Source of the DNA: an uncultured Bacilli bacterium
Lineage (GTDB): Bacteria > Bacillota_I > Bacilli_A > RF39 > UBA660
Assembly (NCBI GenBank): GCA_947589105.1
Contig: CANQBL010000002.1
Coordinates: forward strand, 89,698-153,697
Direction: 5' to 3'
DNA: 64,000 nucleotides
Position numbers and translations under genes: made by a program
Shown here: piece by piece, positions 61,734 through 64,000 of the stretch
Layout of the letters: each line of letters opens with the position of its first letter
How positions within the stretch are numbered: the stretch's first letter is position 1
Notes under the pieces: generated by a model
Databases searched by the model: none
The model's input: the letters and a program-made list of their open reading frames with translations, nothing else
What the model was told of the DNA's origin: nothing

Positions 61734-61780
61734 ATTGCAATAAATATTTAAAAATTATATAATTTTTTTAAGGTGATTTT

Positions 61781-62455
61781 ATGAATGAATTAAATAGAAT
61801 AGAAAAAATGATAGGAAAAGACAAATTAAAATTAATTGAGAATACTTCTATTTTAATAGTTGGAATAGGAGGAGTAGGGGGTTCTTCACTTGAAATGCTT
61901 GCCAGGTGTGGGGTTAAAAATATAATAATAGTAGATTTTGACTATTTTGAGGAAACTAACTTAAATAGACAAATTTTAAGTTTACGAACTAACATTGGAA
62001 AGTCTAAAGTTTTAGAAGCTAAAAAAAGAGTTAATTTAATTAATAAAAATATAAACGTAACTTGTATAAATATTAAATTAGGAGAAGAAATAGAAGGTAT
62101 AGTGCCAAAAACCGACTATATAATAGATGCTTGTGATGATGTTTTAGCTAAGGTTAGTTTGGTTAAATATGCAGTTAAAAATAACGTTAAAATAATATCA
62201 TGTTGTGGTACGGGGAATCGTTTAAAACCCGAATTGTTAACTATAACAAATATTTGGAAAACTGAATATGATCCTCTTGCAAAAAAATTAAGATCATGTC
62301 TTAGAAAAGAAAATATAAATTATAAATTACCTGTTGTTTGTTCGTTAGAAAAACCCTTAATAACCTCAAAAGATACGATTGGTTCGGTAGCTCTTGTTCC
62401 AAATGCAGCAGGAATTTTACTTGCTAGTTATGTGATAAACGATATTTTAAGATAA
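61781..62455 (+). CDS. tcdA: ThiF/MoeB-family E1-like protein, likely tRNA threonylcarbamoyladenosine dehydratase TcdA (YrvM)
   Basis: Rossmann GxGxxG in ILIVGIGGVGGSSLEMLARCGV and DFDYFEETNLNRQ (conserved D..D.....NLNRQ). 224 aa. SD AAGGTGA. Confidence 0.65.
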   Translation: MNELNRIEKMIGKDKLKLIENTSILIVGIGGVGGSSLEMLARCGVKNIIIVDFDYFEETNLNRQILSLRTNIGKSKVLEAKKRVNLINKNINVTCINIKLGEEIEGIVPKTDYIIDACDDVLAKVSLVKYAVKNNVKIISCCGTGNRLKPELLTITNIWKTEYDPLAKKLRSCLRKENINYKLPVVCSLEKPLITSKDTIGSVALVPNAAGILLASYVINDILR

Positions 62456-62510
62456 ACTATATTGTGTAAATAATAATAAAATGATACAATTATCTTAGAT
62501 AAAATAGGAG

Positions 62511-63716
62511 TTGAAACAAATGAAAATAAAAAAAATTATTAAAACCATTATATTTATTTTTATAGTATTTTTAGGTTTTAATACAAGAGTTAGCGCTTTT
62601 AGTTTTGAATGTGATAAAAAGGACGTTTTAAAAGGAGAATACGTAACTTGCATAGTAACTGATATTGATTCTGTAAATGGGGAAACAATAAATATTTTTT
62701 CTAATTTAGAAATATATGAAAGCAATAGTTCTATTCCAATAAAAAAAGATACAAAAATAAAATTTTCTACTAGAAAAGCTACGGATAATAGTTATGATAT
62801 ATATGCTGAGAGTAATATTAATGGCAAAAAAACGATTACCATAAATATAAAAGATATTACAACAACAAAAACTACGACAAGTACTACAAAAGTTAAATCT
62901 AATAATAATTATTTATCTTATATATCTATTAATGGAGAAGAAATAAAAGATTTTTCAAAAGAAAATACAAAATATTTTGTAAGTGTACCATATGATACTA
63001 ATAAAATAAAAATAACTACTAAAACCGAAGATAATAATGCTATATATGAAATAAATGGACCTGATTTATTAGAAATTGGGGATAATGAATATACGATAGG
63101 TGTTACATCTGAGGATAATACTATAAGGTTTTATAAAATAATTATACATAGAAATGAAGAAGAAAAAAAAATTAGTACAAGAGTTTCTAACATTAAAATT
63201 AAAGGCTATAAACTAAATTTTGACGGACAATCTAAAACATATCATTTAAAAGTTAAAGAAAATGTTAAAAAACTCGAAATAAAAGTCAAATTAGAAGATA
63301 ATAATGCCAAATATGAAATTGATGGAAACGAAGAATTAAAAGATGGTAGTATAATTAAAATTATAGTTGAAAACGAAGATTTAGAAACTAGTGAATATCG
63401 TATAATTATTAGTAAGGAAGAAACGCAAAATTATTTAATTTATTTGATTATAGGTTTATCTATAATAATACTTATTATAGTTGTTGCATTTATTTTAAGT
63501 AATAAAAAAAATCATAGAGTAAATAAAAAATTAGAAAATGAAAAGGATAATGAAAATTTAGAAAAAACAATTAAAATAACAAATATAAGTGGTGAAAAAA
63601 TTATTAAAGAAACTAAAACAGAATCTTCTTTTAATGGTAAAGAACTTGAAAAAACAAAAAATAATGATTTAAAAAATGAATTAGATAAAGTTTTTGAAGA
63701 TACTTTTAATAATTAA
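62511..63716 (+). CDS. Secreted/membrane-anchored protein with tandem cadherin-like beta-sandwich repeats and a C-terminal TM anchor
   Basis: Signal peptide. Internally repeated about 75-aa units (KIKITTKTEDNNAIYEINGPDLLEIGDNEYTIGVTSEDNTIRFYKIII and KLEIKVKLEDNNAKYEIDGNEELKDGSIIKIIVENEDLETSEYRIII). TM LIYLIIGLSIIILIIVVAFIL, then a cytoplasmic K/E tail. Confidence 0.5.
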   Translation: MKQMKIKKIIKTIIFIFIVFLGFNTRVSAFSFECDKKDVLKGEYVTCIVTDIDSVNGETINIFSNLEIYESNSSIPIKKDTKIKFSTRKATDNSYDIYAESNINGKKTITINIKDITTTKTTTSTTKVKSNNNYLSYISINGEEIKDFSKENTKYFVSVPYDTNKIKITTKTEDNNAIYEINGPDLLEIGDNEYTIGVTSEDNTIRFYKIIIHRNEEEKKISTRVSNIKIKGYKLNFDGQSKTYHLKVKENVKKLEIKVKLEDNNAKYEIDGNEELKDGSIIKIIVENEDLETSEYRIIISKEETQNYLIYLIIGLSIIILIIVVAFILSNKKNHRVNKKLENEKDNENLEKTIKITNISGEKIIKETKTESSFNGKELEKTKNNDLKNELDKVFEDTFNN

Positions 63717-63756
63717 GTAAAAAATTATTTGTTTTAAAGATAATTTATGATATAAA

Positions 63757-63812
63757 AAAAGTAAAAACAATACTGGATTAAGTAAGTAAAGGTATTGATT
63801 TTACTTTTTTAT
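63757..63812. terminator. Bidirectional terminator between convergent genes (16-bp imperfect stem AAAGTAAAAACAATAC / GTATTGATTTTACTTT, 18-nt loop, U-runs on both sides)
   Basis: Read directly from the sequence. Flanked by an A-run upstream and a T-run downstream. Confidence 0.65.
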
Positions 63813-63834
63813 TTAATATTTTTTTACAGTTATT

Positions 63835-64000
63835 TTAATTTTTAGAACTTTTTATTTTTTCTATGTTATTTAAAGTTATTTCTAAAGTTTTTTCATATTT
63901 ATTGTTTTTAGGTTTGTAATAAATTCTATTTTTTAATTCATCTGGTAAATATTGCTGTACTACGTAACTTCCAGGATAATCATGAGGGTATTTATATCCA
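63835..64000 (-). CDS. 3' end of a minus-strand gene (C-terminal 55 aa ...DINTPHDYPGSYVVQQYLPDELKNRIYYKPKNNKYEKTLEITLNNIEKIKSSKN), product unknown
   Basis: The open frame on the minus strand runs from the window edge to the TAA at 63835-63837. It is not in the track as a complete ORF because it is truncated by the window. Confidence 0.45.
   Translation of the reverse strand, partial: GYKYPHDYPGSYVVQQYLPDELKNRIYYKPKNNKYEKTLEITLNNIEKIKSSKN

Overview
This is an AT-rich (roughly 25-28% GC) chromosomal segment from a low-GC Firmicute. UGA is used as a stop, long ORFs are intact under the standard code, and PolC and EzrA are both present. Almost all genes are on the + strand. The conserved backbone is an ezrA 3' end, polC, a rimM-trmD-rplS-lepB-rbgA-rnhB-topA block, ruvAB-queA-tgt, lysS, pssA-psd, secDF-rel-dtd, lemA-DUF2207, and a T-box-like leader in front of hisS-aspS-tcdA. 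Accessory material is interleaved with this backbone. A 6.6-kb segment bracketed by tRNA-Arg(CCU) and tRNA-Thr(GGU) carries a collagen-like protein, a CDF transporter, a patatin-like phospholipase, an HD protein and an ArsR/CadA metal-efflux operon with a textbook promoter and operator. Downstream of tRNA-Thr lies a gene-poor stretch, then an adenylating enzyme, a degenerate hybrid sensor-kinase-like membrane protein, GNATs, a PP2C-like protein and a signal-less class-A beta-lactamase-like protein. Two separate gene insertions are flanked by imperfect 36-45-bp direct repeats that duplicate the 5' end of rbgA and the 3' end of ORF 34149-34982 respectively. A promoter- and terminator-bounded, GC-rich, roughly 170-nt structured RNA sits in the aspS-tcdA interval where Bacillus subtilis encodes 6S-1 RNA. 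No transposase, integrase, CRISPR array or recognisable defence operon is present. The most unusual loci are the repeat-flanked insertions, the extended TrmD, the His-less hybrid kinase and the candidate 6S RNA. Product calls rest on motifs I can read in the translations; no database search was possible.
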